A stretch of DNA of 64,000 bases from Camelus dromedarius (Eukaryota): positions 31,808,001 to 31,872,000 of the forward strand of contig NC_087436.1 in NCBI RefSeq assembly GCF_036321535.1, given 5' to 3'. Below are positions 1-13,956 of the stretch, piece by piece. The first letter of the stretch is position 1; each line of letters begins with the position of its first letter. A model generated the notes under the pieces. The model searched no databases, was not told the DNA's origin, and saw only the letters and a list, made by a program, of their open reading frames with translations. Position numbers and translations under genes: made by a program.

Positions 1-240
1 GTGAATCAAACTCATTTCTGGGTCACTGCTGCCACAGGGGGGAGCACTTTAATCCCTTGCCAAAACGAGAGGGTGGGGACAGGAGGGAGGAGGGTGTGCG
101 CGGGGAGTCTGCGGCGCGGGGGGCTCCGTCCCTCGTTAACTCTTCGCGGCCCTTGCCGCAGCCGGCCCGGCCTGCATCCGCGGGGGCTCGAAAGGAGACG
201 CACTGTTCAGCTTTTTAAATCTCTTCCTTCTCTTCCCTTG
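1..240. promoter_or_regulatory. Edge of a CpG island (GC- and CpG-rich), probably the flank of a promoter lying left of the window
   Basis: Dense CpGs at ~95-200 (gtgtgcgcggggagtctgcggcgcggg, ttcgcggcc, gccgcagccggcccggcc, ccgcgggggctcg), dropping to AT-rich, CpG-poor sequence after ~270. Confidence 0.65.
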
Positions 241-1349
241 TGAGCCTAGAAATTCTTGAGGTGTCTCCGAGCAGAGTGGTGGGCTTTTAAATTATTCCTT
301 TCAAACTGTCCCAGTTCCAACTCTTGTTTGACTTCACTGCACCTAGAAATGGATTCTTTCAAGTTAATTTAAAATTATGTAGATTAAAAAATGTGGCTTT
401 TAAGGAGTGTAGTCTGGGTGAGAGGTTTTATTTTTAGGCTGAATGGCAAAATAAATAGTTCTTTCGTAGTAAGCTATAGGGAGTTGCGAATTAGAATGAC
501 ATTTAAATACAGAGAACCCAGTTTTGGAGCCGAAACATATCTTTACCTAAGTTTGTATTGAAATGATCATGGCAAATGAACATTAATTCATTAGGAGACA
601 GTAATTATTTATAAATTGACACCACCTTTTTGTTACACAGTATTACAGAATTAGGTATTGCCTTCCAAATATGAGAATTGAGCCTAATGCTAAAACTGGG
701 GTTGCAGACTAATATAAAATTAGTCATCAGAAATTAATTTGGGGGTTTTTTATGTGTAAAAATGAGTGGTTACTGATTTTCCAAGGAATACAACCTTGTA
801 CTGTGGGGGTTAACATAACTTCTTTCATGGACCCCCCGCTAAAGAAATGAGTATGTGACATTCAGCTTCAACAGGGAAAAGACCAGGGTACAGATTAAAA
901 CTCCCATTCAGTAAACAGGAACAGTGATCACTACAAAACTGAATATCAAACCAAAAGGCATACTTATCCACTGGAAGAAATCTTCTGACTGTATCAGGTT
1001 CAGTTTCACACAGTCACACACACCAACCCATCCATCCACATCAAGAACAAAATAATCTGATAAATGCTGCAAAACTGAGTCTTTCAATTATGTTTCAGAA
1101 AACAAAGTAAACCAAAGGAAATCGTAAGTATATGTCCTCTTTCTTCCTTGCTTGTTTCACTAATGAAAAGTACAGATACTCTATCAGTCCTGTTCATGTG
1201 CTCACTTAATCCTGTTCAAAGAGATCACATATGTAAGGCACTATGCTAACTATCATTATTACTGCTATGGGTATTACACTGCAGTTATTATTTTCACTAT
1301 TTCACCTTATACATACTCTATTGTTGAAGTAAGAGGACACAGGTTTCCT

Positions 1350-1545
1350 AGCCAGACAGACTTTGCATTGGATCTGGTTCTACAGGTTATCAGCTGTGTG
1401 GCTGTGGAATAAATTACAAAACTTCTCTGAGCCTCAGTGTTCTCATGAGTACTGAAAAGAGGTTAGCAACCCCTACCTAAAAAGTTAAGAGGAATGAGAT
1501 AACTCCATAAAAGTGCCCAGCAGCGGCCCTGGCAGTAGGAGGGCT
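1350..1545 (+). mobile_element. MIR SINE
   Basis: MIR core aacttctctgagcctcagtgttctcat and tail aaagtgcccagca. Confidence 0.7.
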
Positions 1546-1826
1546 ATCCCTCCCATATCTCTTTCTTGGCCTTCTCTCTGTGGAAAATTGCAATTTTTTC
1601 ACATTCCTGCCAACTTTACTTCACTCATTCCCCCGCAAAAAAAAAAAAAAAAAATTAAATCGTGTTTGCCACTTAGCTTTAGTTGTTTGTTTGTTTTCTA
1701 TCCCCACTCCCCAAACATCAGACAACAAAATCAAAGTATACTGAATCAATGGATGAGAAAAATAAAGAGGTAAAATGGCACACAAACTCCCAACACTGAT
1801 ACACTGATCAAGACTGATGGTTCCAG

Positions 1827-1986
1827 AAATATATACAAGATCTTATGGTAGCTCACAGCGAAAAAAAAATGTGACAATGAATATATGTATGTTCATGTAT
1901 AACTGAAAAGTTGTGCCCTACACTGGAATTTGACACAACATTGTAAAATGACTATAACACAATAAAAAAAGTTTAAAAAAAAAAAA
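1827..1986 (+). mobile_element. 5'-truncated young L1 3' end with poly(A) and TSD
   Basis: L1 3'UTR (tgtataactgaaaagttgtgccctacactggaatttgacacaacattgtaaaatgactataac), AATAAA, A-tail. TSD aagactgatggttccag 1810-1826 / aaggctgatgtttccag 1987-2003 (15/17). Confidence 0.85.
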
Positions 1987-4150
1987 AAGGCTGATGTTTC
2001 CAGGAACATCCCTCAGTTATGCCACTGCTTTGGAATACTGATCCGCTGAGGCAGTGCCATGTGCTGTAAATAGCCCTAGACTAGGAGTCCAGAGACTCCA
2101 TCAACTCACATCACGACTCTGAACAAATCTCTTTAGGTCTTAGTTTTCCCACTGACATGATAGACAAGATGATATATCACACCCATTTTCTCTTTAACAT
2201 TCAGTAATTTCTGCTTGTTCTTACCAAACTTAGAAAGTGATGATTATTTGAAGAAATGGAGGACAACCTGAATCAATAAGCAACATGTAAAAACATTTCG
2301 TCATTAACAATCAGCCATTGACATATTTTTAAATAATAGGTGTCTTTTGCCATCAGACCACAAAGGAGACTTTTATACAACCCATCCGCAAGCATACAGG
2401 AACGTGGTTTGACTTGCGACAGCACAGTCTAAAATAAAATGTACTAAGCTGGCAATTAGGAAAATGAGTTTCTGGTTCCCCCCTGTCACTTATTGTCTTA
2501 ACTTACCAAATCACTCATGATCACCATTTCCTAGTCTCTAGAATGGTCCTGTTAATTCACACTTTATTATCAGAGATGAAAGGACATTCAAGAAAATACG
2601 TACAAAGTAGTCAGTATAGTTGAAATATCAAGATTCTAGTCTTTCCTAATCTGAGTAGTATTCATGGTAATAATTACAATTTTATACATCCCTTAAATTT
2701 TGCTGCAGGCATACAGTTTTATTTTCTTCCATAATAATGGATTTCTATGGAGTAAAATTTTGAATGTATATTCATATTCCTGATTCTGAAGTCATACATG
2801 ATTAAACCTATAATGTTTAGTTATTTTCATTTGTGTCTACTCTGAAGGTAATTGTCAGGCCTTGACACAAAATTCAGAATTGTTCATATTTGAAATGAAG
2901 TAGGTACATGTGCTAAAGTCCTATATGTCTCATTCCTTTAGAGAAATGGCAAATACCATTATATGACATATAATGTATACACAATTTTTATTGCACAAGT
3001 GCTCTTGTGGATAAAATGGGTTGTGTTCTAAAAGTATGTTTGTATTTAACTGTTTGGAGCTTTGAATTTATGCCCCAAATAAACCTTGTTATAAAGAGGG
3101 CTTAAGTTGTCACAAAGTTTTTTTTTTAATTAATCTTAATAACTATATGACAGAAAAGAATAACTTTTTATTAACTTTTTTGAATGTTATTATTTAGGTG
3201 GGAGAGGATTTAGTTCAAAAAAGGACAAGCAGGTATATCTCTGAACAGGAAGAGTAACATTGGGAACCATGAGAAGAAACAGGAGGTGATGGGTAAGAGA
3301 TTAGGAGAAGGGTTCCCTGCCTAACCAATTGATGAGTCCACCAGTTCTGAACAGCCAGGAAACCCCTCCAGGTAGGTGGTTACAACCTTCCAATATATGG
3401 AATGATTGGAAGGCCAGTAATCGACATACTTTCTTGCTGATATCAAGACTGACTAAATTATTTTTTCCTTTAGATTCTTTCTTCCTTTCCTTTTTGTTTC
3501 CTTTGCTTGTCTTTGATTTTCGTTGTTTTAATTTTGTTGATTTTCATACTTTCAGCACAAGTTAAGATGTCAAAGAGAAACAATTCTGACAGAGGGACAG
3601 AAGAGAAAATAATTTAACACAGCCAGATGGAAATGACCAAGGTTAAAAATAGGAAAAGCTTTTCTCGATCATGAAAGGAAAACATGATGATAGAATTTTC
3701 AAAATTTAGAAAAGCAAATAATGGTGATAAAATTCACCCATTGGGACAACTATTATAAACCATGCCATGTATTTTCAGATTTTTTCCTAGGCATTTTTAA
3801 TAAAATTGGAATGATGTCACATATTTCATTTTACCATCTTCCTTTTCACTTCTTTCATGTATATCATTTCAGTATTCTACTTTGTAAAGTAATTTTTTTG
3901 GCAGGTCTTTGCCTGCCTTCATGCCGTAACTCCACCTACAGGTCTCTTCAACTATGTATTCTCATAGTTACTCCCTGCACCTTGTCAACTACTGGGGAGT
4001 TCTGCCATCTTTAATATCAGATTCAAATCTCTCTATTTTAGCTACCACCTCCAAGACTTCTAAAGCTTATTTCTCATGAGTTCTTTCTTCTTATCTGGAA
4101 AGTCACTCCAATCTACCCCTATAGTCTTCTCTTACCAGACGCAGAGCAGT

Positions 4151-4329
4151 CAGTGGTAACCCAAAATGTGATCTCCAACCAGCAGCAGCAACTGCTCCTG
4201 AACTTGTCAGAGATCCATTGTTTCCATCCCCACCCAGACCTACTGAATCAGAAAGGGGCATCCAGCAATCGGTGTTTTAACAAGCCCTCCAGGTAATTCT
4301 GATCCACGCTCAGGTATGAGAACCACCTG
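4151..4329 (+). mobile_element. MER5A-like hAT-Charlie MITE
   Basis: cagtggt...cccacccagacctactgaatcagaa...ttttaacaagccctccaggtaattctgat...tgagaaccac. Confidence 0.8.
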
Positions 4330-4429
4330 AGTAGATCTTACTTCCATCCACCACACTCGAGGCACAGGGCGAGGCACGAGAGACAAGGTTGCAAGTAACA
4401 AGGGAAGAAGGTCTATTCTCTGTCCATAG

Positions 4430-7400
4430 GTCAGTTAAAAATACAAACAGGTGATGACAGTTTACTACAAGGTGTGGGGGTAAGCCTATAATGGACCCCT
4501 AATCCCTTGTGTGTCTATTTGTGTCGGCGTGGGGGTGTGGGTAGTGGGAGGAGGGTGGTCAGAGAAGGCTCCTCAGGATAAGTGATCCGAGCTGAAATCT
4601 GAAGGATTATAAATGTTAGCCAGATGAGAAGGGGATGGGGACCTAGTGTTGCTTTTTTGTTTGTTTCATTTTTTGTTTTAGACAAAACCTCTGGCTTCTG
4701 TGTGGCGAATGGATGGGGTGGAGGTGAGACACGAGATTAGGAAGCTAGTGAGGAGGCTTCTGCAGTTGCCAGGTGAGACATAGAGGCCTAGGATGATAGC
4801 CATTGATCACAAAATGGAGACAAGTAGACAAATCAGCTTGTGATGGAGGCATGGTTAACACTGGCCCAGCTCTCCACAGGTCTCCAGCTTGCCCAGTTCA
4901 GCACCGCTCCAGGCAGGGGTGTGAGAGCTCCTTCCCCCAACCCAGGAGGTGCCTGAGAGATGTCTCTAGGGCTTAGCAGGTCCCTGTGGCATCTGGGGAG
5001 GGCACCCACTAGGTAGAGGCAGTCATCCGGGGAGGGAGCAACATCTGGAGAAACCAAACGAAGGTCCTGCTGGGCAGTGAACTGGTCAAGGGGTTCAAGC
5101 CCTGTCCCTGCATGCAGAGCGGAGGCTCAAGCCACGGGGCCGGGAGAAGAAAAAAAGAGCCAGCCACAGTCAGGGAGGACTCGGGCCCCTCGCAGGGTCC
5201 TTCTTGGCCCCTCCCTTCTCAGTGAGGCCTGGATCTGATCCCAGGTACCCCACAGTCTCTTTATCCCTCCTCCAGAAAGCTCCATTTTCCTCTTTTCTTC
5301 CACAAAACACCTTAATGGCCCATTATAACTTGAGCCCAAATCATTAGCAAATGAAAAACTGACTCTCCTTTTCTCTAAGGCTGAGAGGGCAGGATGCAGA
5401 GAGGGCAGAAAACGGGGAGGGAGGTATCCCTTCCCCCTGGTTTAGCTCCAGTGTTAATGAAGCAAAGAAATGGGGGTAAAGCGAACACTTAAGTTTCTGT
5501 GTTGAAGTTGTTTGATAATTCACTTTTTTTTCTTGCCATGAGGCACATTTAGTTGTGGACAAGATTTGTCTGCGATGGCTTGAATGTCAGAGGTAAAGCA
5601 GCAGCTGGAATAAAAAGATGCGTCCCAGGCTTCTGGCTTAGAGAACTGAGTGGATTCCTTCATTTGAAACCCAACAGACACTGAGCACTGAGCAGCGTGC
5701 AATGGTGAAAACGAGAATCCTGGAGCAAAGGAAAGGAAGGAAATTCCTGAGGGAAGGAAATTCCTTAGGAAAGGAAATGAGAGCAGAAATACGAAGAGTT
5801 CAGCTTGAGGAATCACCCAATTGAAGATGCCCACAAGGCAGATGGGATGGGGAGTGTGGTGCTCTAGAGGGAGGCTGGGTTGCAAGTACTGGTTTAGGAG
5901 TTACCAGCATAGAGAGGTTAACTGACGCCATGGGAGTGAATGAGATCAATTGGAAGTGCCTATAAAGTAAGAAGAAAACAGGGCCTAAGCTCCAAACTAA
6001 GAAGTCATATTTCAATGGCCAGAGGAAGCTGCAAAGCTTCAAAGTTTCATTGAAGGCAGTGCAGGTTAGTTGTCTTCCTGCCTCAGTGAGGACTTCAAAG
6101 CACCATAGGAGAAAATCACAGACCTGTGCCGATTGTTTGCATGAGGTCTTCATTATCCTCCACCACGTCCTGAACTCACTAATTTCCCCAGGTAGTTCAA
6201 TCTCCCGTTCTCCTTGGGATTTTGCTCAGAGCTTTCTTCCTGTCCCAGTCTGCCATCCTGCCACTCACCCAGACATGTTCAGCAGAACTCCTAAACCTCC
6301 TACACCACAGATGTAACAGAGGCCACCGGACAGGAGTGCCTTTGACCTTCTACCTCCAAACCTGCAGATCTTCCCTGCAGGCTCATCCTCCGCCTTCCTT
6401 TCTATCACAACAGGAGGCATGGCATGTGACATTTCCTCCACCTGGGCTCAGAATCCTGAAAACGGTTCACCTTTTCTGGTCTCTAGCTCAAGAGTAACCC
6501 TTCTCTTTCAGGTGTCTTCTGCTTCCCTGGCTACCGACTCCTTCCCAAGCATATTTAAATATACTTGTGTCCCCACTAAAGGGAAATAATCTCAAGGCTC
6601 CCTTCCTCTGCCTCCCTTAACAGTCACACTTTTTGAAAGAATGGTGTACACTCGCTCAAACCCACTGAAATCTGACTTATGCCCCCCAGTCACCCCAGTG
6701 TAACTGCCCTTGCCAGAGATCATCATTGACATTCTTACTGCTCAATCCAGTGGCAATTTCTCATCCTTGTTTTTACTTGACCTTTCACTTGCATTTGACA
6801 CTGTTGTCCGTTCATGCCCTGTTTCTTAAAATGCTTTCACCTGGCTTCTATAACCTCAACAGTCTTCTACTGGTTTCTCTCCTACCCCTCTGGACTCTTC
6901 TAATTCTCTTGCAGGCTCCTCTTTCTCTTTTGTTAAAGCCATGCCTCAGACAAATTGTTTTTGAGTACATGAGAAGCTTTTTTAAAAATTCAACTGAAGG
7001 AATAATTTTGGTTGAGACATTTTATAAGAAAAAAGGAATGGTTCACCAACCATGTTTAGAATGGATACAGAAAAAAGAACATCTGGTTAAAGATTATTAG
7101 GCTAGTCAATCAGCTGGATGGGTAACCCTAGCTTCCCAGAAGGAGTTCTCAGTCTTATTAAAGTCTGTCAGAAAACTGTTCACGCACTTTATCAGGAATG
7201 CTAATTGCTTCCCAGAAGGAGTTGTAAATTACATCACACAAAAAATTTCTGTCCCAGACCAGGTTTGAGTCAATTTGCTTTCTCACTTTCAGTCTCTTAA
7301 ATGTTGGTTTTCCTTAGGGTTCCCTCCTAAGCCGTATTCTCTTTTCATTCTACTTATATCTCTTGGTGTTCTCATCTACTCTCATGACTGCCCCCCAAAA

Positions 7401-8300
7401 CACACATCTATACTTGTGTCTCCAGTAACTTCTTGAACACCCCCAATGGACCTCCCACAGGCAGTTCAAACTCAATGTATCACAAACTGAACTCATTTTC
7501 CCTCCCACTTTGTGCCTCCTCACCTGACTCAATTAGTGTACCACCATCCACAATTGCCAAACCCAGGAGCCAAGACATTGTCCTTGACTCTTGCTTTTCT
7601 TTGACATCTCCTCCATTATCACCACCACCACCAATCCAGTTTATTCCCAGATCACTTCTACATCAGGTTTCACCTCTCCATCCCAACAGCCACTATCATC
7701 ATCTCAGTGATTTACATCACCACCTAACTGCTCTCCCTCCCTCTAATCCTGTCCCTCTCTAATTCATTCCCTATTCAATAGTCTATGTGCTCTTTTAAAG
7801 CAAAAATATGATCACAGCATTCCCATTTAAAACTATTAATTGCCCTTTTCCCCCTTGTTTACTCTTCAGGATAGAATGTGTCATTAACATAGCTACTTAC
7901 TTTTGCTAGTTCTCCTTCCAAACCCTCCCCCTACTTCATGGCTTTTCACATCTCCTCAGTGATATCCATTCAGAACTTTTGAAAATGCTTAACCCTAAGC
8001 TTGGATCATTCTTCCCTATCTACACAACCCCTTCTTTTGGCCCTAATTCACTCAAGTTCTACCAAATAGCCTTACCCTACCTCCCTAAAGCCTGCCCCTT
8101 TCTAAGCTTCCATAACATTCAGTATTATAACTATATTATCACTTCTCTCACTGATTTGTAATTTTTTGTGCCCCTCACAAGACTATCTGTCAGTTGTTCA
8201 AAGGACTTTGTCAATTATTCTCTGCATGTGTTTCTAGAACTGGCACCTAACAGTTGGTAGACAGTTAATAAATGTTCTGAATGCAATGGATGAATGATCA
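4430..8300. mobile_element. Cluster of old L2 LINE fragments (minus ~4430-4870 and ~5760-6010; plus ~6590-6920, ~7280-7900, ~8130-8300)
   Basis: L2 motifs such as gcatttgacactgttg, ctcaatgtatcacaaactgaactc, gtccttgactcttgc and the 3' end aataaatgttctgaatgcaatggatgaatga. Boundaries approximate. Confidence 0.6.
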
Positions 8301-9319
8301 ATATATTCATGTAATTAAATAGTCTCCAAAGAACCATTTAAAAAACAGATTATAACTTTCATCCTTATTTTCTTATACTAAAAGTAATAAATAGTATGTT
8401 TTAGAGAAGCCAAAATTAAAATTAAAATCACCAAAAAGCTATTACTCAAAGATAATTACCACTAAAATTTTGGAATGTATTTTTTTCTGTCTTTTGTATA
8501 TTTGTGTGTGTGTGTATCTATATGTACATACTTTTTTTTAGACAAATGGGATCACAGTATAATTCTGTTTTGTGACAGTATTTAATTTGTCCATATAGTT
8601 GGAGGTTTAGGTTATTTCTATGTTTTTCTTTTTGCTAATTATTTTTATCTTTTTTACTAATATAAAGAATGCTTTAGTGAATATCCTTATAGCTCTATAA
8701 TCCATGATTAGGCAAATGGAATTTTTATTTATAGTGCAACATTCCACCATATAATGGAATCCTCATGATTCCTGATTCTTTATTTACACATTTATGTTTT
8801 TCTAAATCCACACTTTTACGAAAAAATGGCTGTAAGAAATATTCCTATGCACAAATCTTTGTTTAACTCTTTGACCACTCTTAGGATAGATTTTGAAAAT
8901 GTAAATTACTAGGCCAAAGGCTTTGGTTTCATTTTGTCAAATTGCTTGCAATGAAACATGCTGTAATTTAGATTCCTCACTATCAGTATATTGGGGACTT
9001 GCTGAGTACTTGGCAATTACCCAGTATAGAACTAGACTCTGGAGGGCTGGGAGCATACCCTCAAGCAGATATGTATTTGGGGAGATACATAATAGATATA
9101 TGAAACAGTAAAGGTAACCTGACCACATATATAAATATCATAATAATTTGAAGATAGGAAATTCTATCAAATGCTGAAATAGGTTAAGAAAGTTTCATAA
9201 AAGAGGTAGAATAATTAAGACCAGAAGAGGTAGAAAGAAAGAAATGGAGACTGTGGGGAAGACTTTGAGTTGGGGAAGTTGCCTGGAGACTTTGCACGGG
9301 GAGCAGGAAGCAGGAAAAC

Positions 9320-9570
9320 TCACACTTATTAAATGTTCTCTGTGCGTATGCCAGGTACTGCACTAAGCATCTGATACATAATATTTCATTTTCTGCTCAC
9401 ACACAACAATCCTGAGAAGTAGGTATTATGGTTATTTTCATCCAACTCTGAATGATGTGAAAAATTGATGTTTAGGGGGATTAAGTCACTTGCTAAAGAT
9501 CATGAAACTCTTGAGAGGTGGCACCAGGATTTGAACCCAAACAGTCTGCCTCCAGACCTCATGGTTTTCA
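9320..9570 (-). mobile_element. MIR SINE
   Basis: Antisense MIR: tatgccaggtactgcactaagc...acaatcctgagaagtaggtatta...ttaagtcacttgctaaagatca...ggatttgaacccaaacagtctgcctccaga. Confidence 0.8.
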
Positions 9571-9764
9571 GCACGTCACCTGACTGACTCATTACAAAGT
9601 CAGAATCATTTACCCATCAGTAATCGTATCCATGACTTGGTGTCAGTGAGTTGAGTCACAGTTGGTGCTCAGTAGATGCCTGAGAAAGAAAATGAGGGCA
9701 AAAGGGTTTCACATGCTAAGGCTTATTTCAGACGTCAGAGATCTAAACAGTTACATAAAAATAT

Positions 9765-11020
9765 GTGGCATGGACTTAAATGTAAAATGTAAAGCTATAA
9801 AACCTTGAGGAAAAAATACAGAAGAAAGTCTTTAGGATCTAGGGGTAGGCAAAGAGTTCTTACACTTGACATCAACAGCAGAATTCATAGAAGGAAAGAC
9901 CCAAGTATACTGGGTCTCTCAAAATTAAAAATTTTCTCTCCAAAAGACCCTGTTAAGAGGACAAAATATCAAGCTACCGACTGGGAGAAAATATTTGCAA
10001 ACCGCATATTCAACAAAAAACTAGTATATGGAGAACACTCAAAACTCAACAATTTTAAAAACTCAAACAATTCAATTAGAAAATGGGCAAAAACCATGAA
10101 CACATTTCCCAAAGAGGATATACAGATGGCAAATAAGCATTTGAAAAGATGTTCAACATCATTATCCATCAGGAAAATAATGCAGATTTAAACCACAATG
10201 AGATATCACTACACTATTATCAAAATGACTAAAATTAAAAAAAAAAATAGTGGTTAACACCAAATGCTGGCAAGGATGTGGAGAAACTGGATTGCTCATA
10301 CATTGCTGGTGGGAATGCAAAACGGTCCAGCCATTCTTGAAAACAGTTTGGCAGTTTCTTATAAAACTAAACATGCAACTACCACAAGGCCCAGCAATTG
10401 CACTCTTGGGCATTTATCCTAGAGAAATGAAAACTTATGTTCACATAAAAGCTTGTACACAAATGTTCATAGCAGCTTTACTCATAGTAGCCAAGAACTG
10501 GAAACAACCCAGATGTCTTTCAATGAGTGAGTAGTAAACAGACTGCAGTACATCCATACCATGAAATATTACTCAGCAATTATAAAAAAAAAAAAGAAAG
10601 AACTATTGATACATCCACAAATCTCTAAGAATTTACACTGAGTTTTAAAAGCCGATATCAAAAGGTTACATACTGTATGACTTAATTTACATTACATTCT
10701 TGAAATGACAAAATGTTAGAAATGGAGAATACATAAGTGATTAATAACGGATAATGCGGGAGTCAGAGGAGGGGAGTGTATGTGACTACAAAAGGCAACA
10801 TGAGGGATTCTTGTGGGGATGGAAATGATATATATCTTGAGTGTATCAATGTCAATGATATTGCACATGAATGTATCCTACAATGATGTTGTGCTGGAAT
10901 TTCCCAAAATGTTACTATTGGGGGAAACTGGGTTAAGGGTACATAGGACCTTTCAGTGGTATTTCTTATAACGGTCTGTTAATTAACAATTATCTCAAAA
11001 TGAAAAGTTTAATTTAAAAA
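9765..11020 (+). mobile_element. L1MC-type LINE-1, ORF2 C-terminus plus 3'UTR (decayed)
   Basis: ORF track gives ORF2-like peptides (DWEKIFANRIFNKKLV, KCWQGCGETGLLIHCWWECKTVQP); L1MC 3'UTR ending aattatctcaaaatgaaaagtttaatttaaaaa. Confidence 0.85.
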
Positions 11021-13505
11021 TATATAGCCAATTGGAAGAGAAAAGAATGTAAACACTAACATATTCCTAGAAAGTAACCTAAAAGGTAAAGAAACTTCCC
11101 TATGTCATTCAACAGAGCAACAGGAATGAAAAATTCATCTGGCCTAAGGTTATGCAGATGTATACCTTCTGCTCTGTTGCTCTTTTCAGTACTAGTAGAA
11201 ACAAGCAGCTAAGCAGGGTTGCAAGTGTAAGAAGAGAAAAGAAGCCTCGAAAATCAGGAAGAAAAAAAAAATGGAGTGGTCCTTCCTAGAGCCCTTTATA
11301 AATATTCTCTGTCACCTGGCTTTCTGTTTTCTATCCAAATGGCCAAAAGGAATTAATGACTATGCCCTTTCCATGGTAGAGACTCACCAGGGCCCCGAGG
11401 GCAGGGGAAGAATCTGAGTCTTGCCTCACGTCAGCCAAATCTTACCTAATCTCTCACACATATTTCTCCACTCCAGTCCCAAGGCTTCACCCCAGTGCCC
11501 TCCCCACCCTCCCAGAGTCCCATTCCCCCAGCAGCCCCACTACGCAGAACAGAGCATCCACGCAGACATCTAATATATCACTGACTGACTTCTAATCGTG
11601 GGTCAAGCCCACTAGGTCATTCTGAAACATTCATCTTAGTTTTAAAAACATGAGAGGGACATTCTTGGCAAAAATCCAGGAGTAATGAATTCTATGTTCT
11701 AGAAACAGAGAAACTGAACTATTTCAATTTGAAAGTAAGAGCTGGCAGGAAACCAACAGAGCAAAGTCCTGGGGTGGGGGGGAGGGGGCGGGAGGAACAG
11801 GCTGGTTAGTTAACTTGTAGGTCTGTAAGGTGGGCAGATTTCCTTAAAAAGCAAACAAAGCAATTTTAGACTTGAGGGACTTAATTGGCATCCAAGGCCA
11901 AGAATATGAATAATGTTATATAAAAACCTTGCTCAAGTGAGAATTCTGCAATCGAAGCATTCTGACTCTAATGGCTAAAGTTTAAGGGGGAAGAATACAG
12001 AAAAGGACGTTTATTTTTCCAATCATATATTATAATATATATACCACTCATGGTGTCAAGATTTAAATCTTATATTTTTTTTCCATCTGGCAAGAAAAGG
12101 TTGATGCTTTTCAGAATTTTCTATATCTAAGAAAATAAAGAGTCAAGCTGCTTTTGTAGATTACAGACAGCGCTAAGATACTCTTGCGTTTGTTCTTCCC
12201 TCCATAAAATAAGAAACTTCATTTATGAATAAGGTAGAATTAGAGAATTAATAATGGCTTAATAGCAATTCTAGATCACTTTGGTAATGAAGGACAGGAA
12301 TAGCACTTATAAATAGAAATTCAAGGACAGTGAAAAATCTATTTGTTTTAACCTCTTCCCTTTCTCATCCCCCTTCCTGTCCAACTAAAATATTATTATT
12401 GAAATGAAAGAAAGGCACACAGGAACAAAAACAACAAAACAAAGAGCCTGTGGAAACTTCTTTCAAATTATAACAATCACTGTAAGTATCATTGAATGAA
12501 TAAAAATATATGTATAAAAATGCCCATTTCTGGGTGATTAATTTTATTATAGCAAAAAATGGGCAACAATCTAATGTCCAAAAATAGGAAAATGTTTAAG
12601 TAATTTATGGTATGTTGATATGGTGGAATGTTTTGCAGCCATTAAAAGAAGTCATATTTTCAAATAGCAAACATTAAGGAGGGAAATACCTACTAATCGT
12701 GGGAATAGGGAAGAAAGTGGACTCTCATACAATGCCAGTAGAAAAGTGGACTGGTATAGCCTTTTAAGAAAGTAACCTTGGCAATATCTATTAAAATTAA
12801 GAATATGTTACCCAGACAAAGACACAGATGTATGTAAAGACTATTTTTAACTACAAAAGCAAAAACAGGTAAGGACTATGCCATGGAATCCTCTTATACA
12901 AACAGGGAATCATTTTCACGGAGGGAATCCCAACTGAAAGAGCTTACGTCCAACTCACTGTTCGCTCATGTCTTTGGGGTCCACCCCCGTGGGATCCTCA
13001 AACCTTAATCTTCTCTTTAATCCCAGCCCTCTGGGTAATACTGTCTCCCACTTGGCAACTACTCAGTGATGTTCATGGACCACCTATATGGTACAGTCCA
13101 CCAAGACTATTCTCCTTCTTCACTCACTTCCTCCCACCCATCAGACATTAATTGCCAAGTCCGGTTAACTCTGAATTTGCAGTGAGTCTCCCACTTGTCC
13201 CTTCCTCCTCATCCTCTACCATCTATCCTGACGCCAGACCGTATTACCTTCCACAGTTCTATCCAAAGGTAAAACTGGTTTTCTTTCCTCATTAGCCCTC
13301 CCTGCTCGAATTTACTTTACACATTGTGACCAAAGCAATCCTCTGTGAAATTCTGACCATGACTCTCTCCTGTGTAGAGCTTTTCAATGCCTCCTCTTTG
13401 GGTAAAGAGCAAACCTCAGCATCCTCAGCGCAGCATGCCAGGTCCTCAAGAACCTGGCTCTAGACGTAGCCTGAACAGCCCCAGTGCCTTTGGGTGTTGA
13501 ACCGG

Positions 13506-13956
13506 TATACTGGGTTGAATAGTGTCCCCCAGAATTCATGTCTACCTGGACCCTCGCCTTGTAACCTTGTTATGAGATAGAGTCTTTGCAGATATAATTA
13601 GTTAGGATGCGATCTTGCTGGATTAGTAAGGGCCCTAAATCCAGTGACTGGTGTCCTTATGAGAAGGCCATATGAGGACACAGAGAGACACACAGAGAAA
13701 AGATGCCCATGTGAAAAGGGAGGCAGAAATGAGAGTGATGCAGCTATAAGCCAGGGAATGCCAAGGGTTGCCCGTAGCCACCAGAAGCTAGGAAGAGTCA
13801 AGGAAGCATTCTTCCCTGGAACCTTTAGCAGGAGCACAGCACGACTGACACCTTGACTGGGGACTTACACCTTCCAGAACTGTGAAAGAATAGATTGTTG
13901 TTTTAAGCCATCAGGTTTGTGACAACTTGTTTCAGCGGCCCAAGGAAGCTAACACA
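13506..13956 (+). mobile_element. MaLR solo LTR (MLT1C-like)
   Basis: gggttgaatagtgtccccc...ggccctaaatccagtgactggtgtcctta...ccagaagctaggaagag...ccagaactgtgaaagaata...ggaagctaacaca. Confidence 0.85.

Noticed and set aside
1..243. 80-aa and 63-aa ORFs at the window start
   Set aside because: Expected by chance in GC-rich DNA; no recognisable protein.
1099..1123. Plus-strand 25-nt segment flanked by tttcag and gtaagt
   Set aside because: A single isolated splice-signal pair with no partner exons identified; could be chance.
9805..10534. ORFs of 60-144 aa here and at 31859-33359 and 46756-47190 as genes
   Set aside because: They are L1 ORF2 remnants or their antisense frames.
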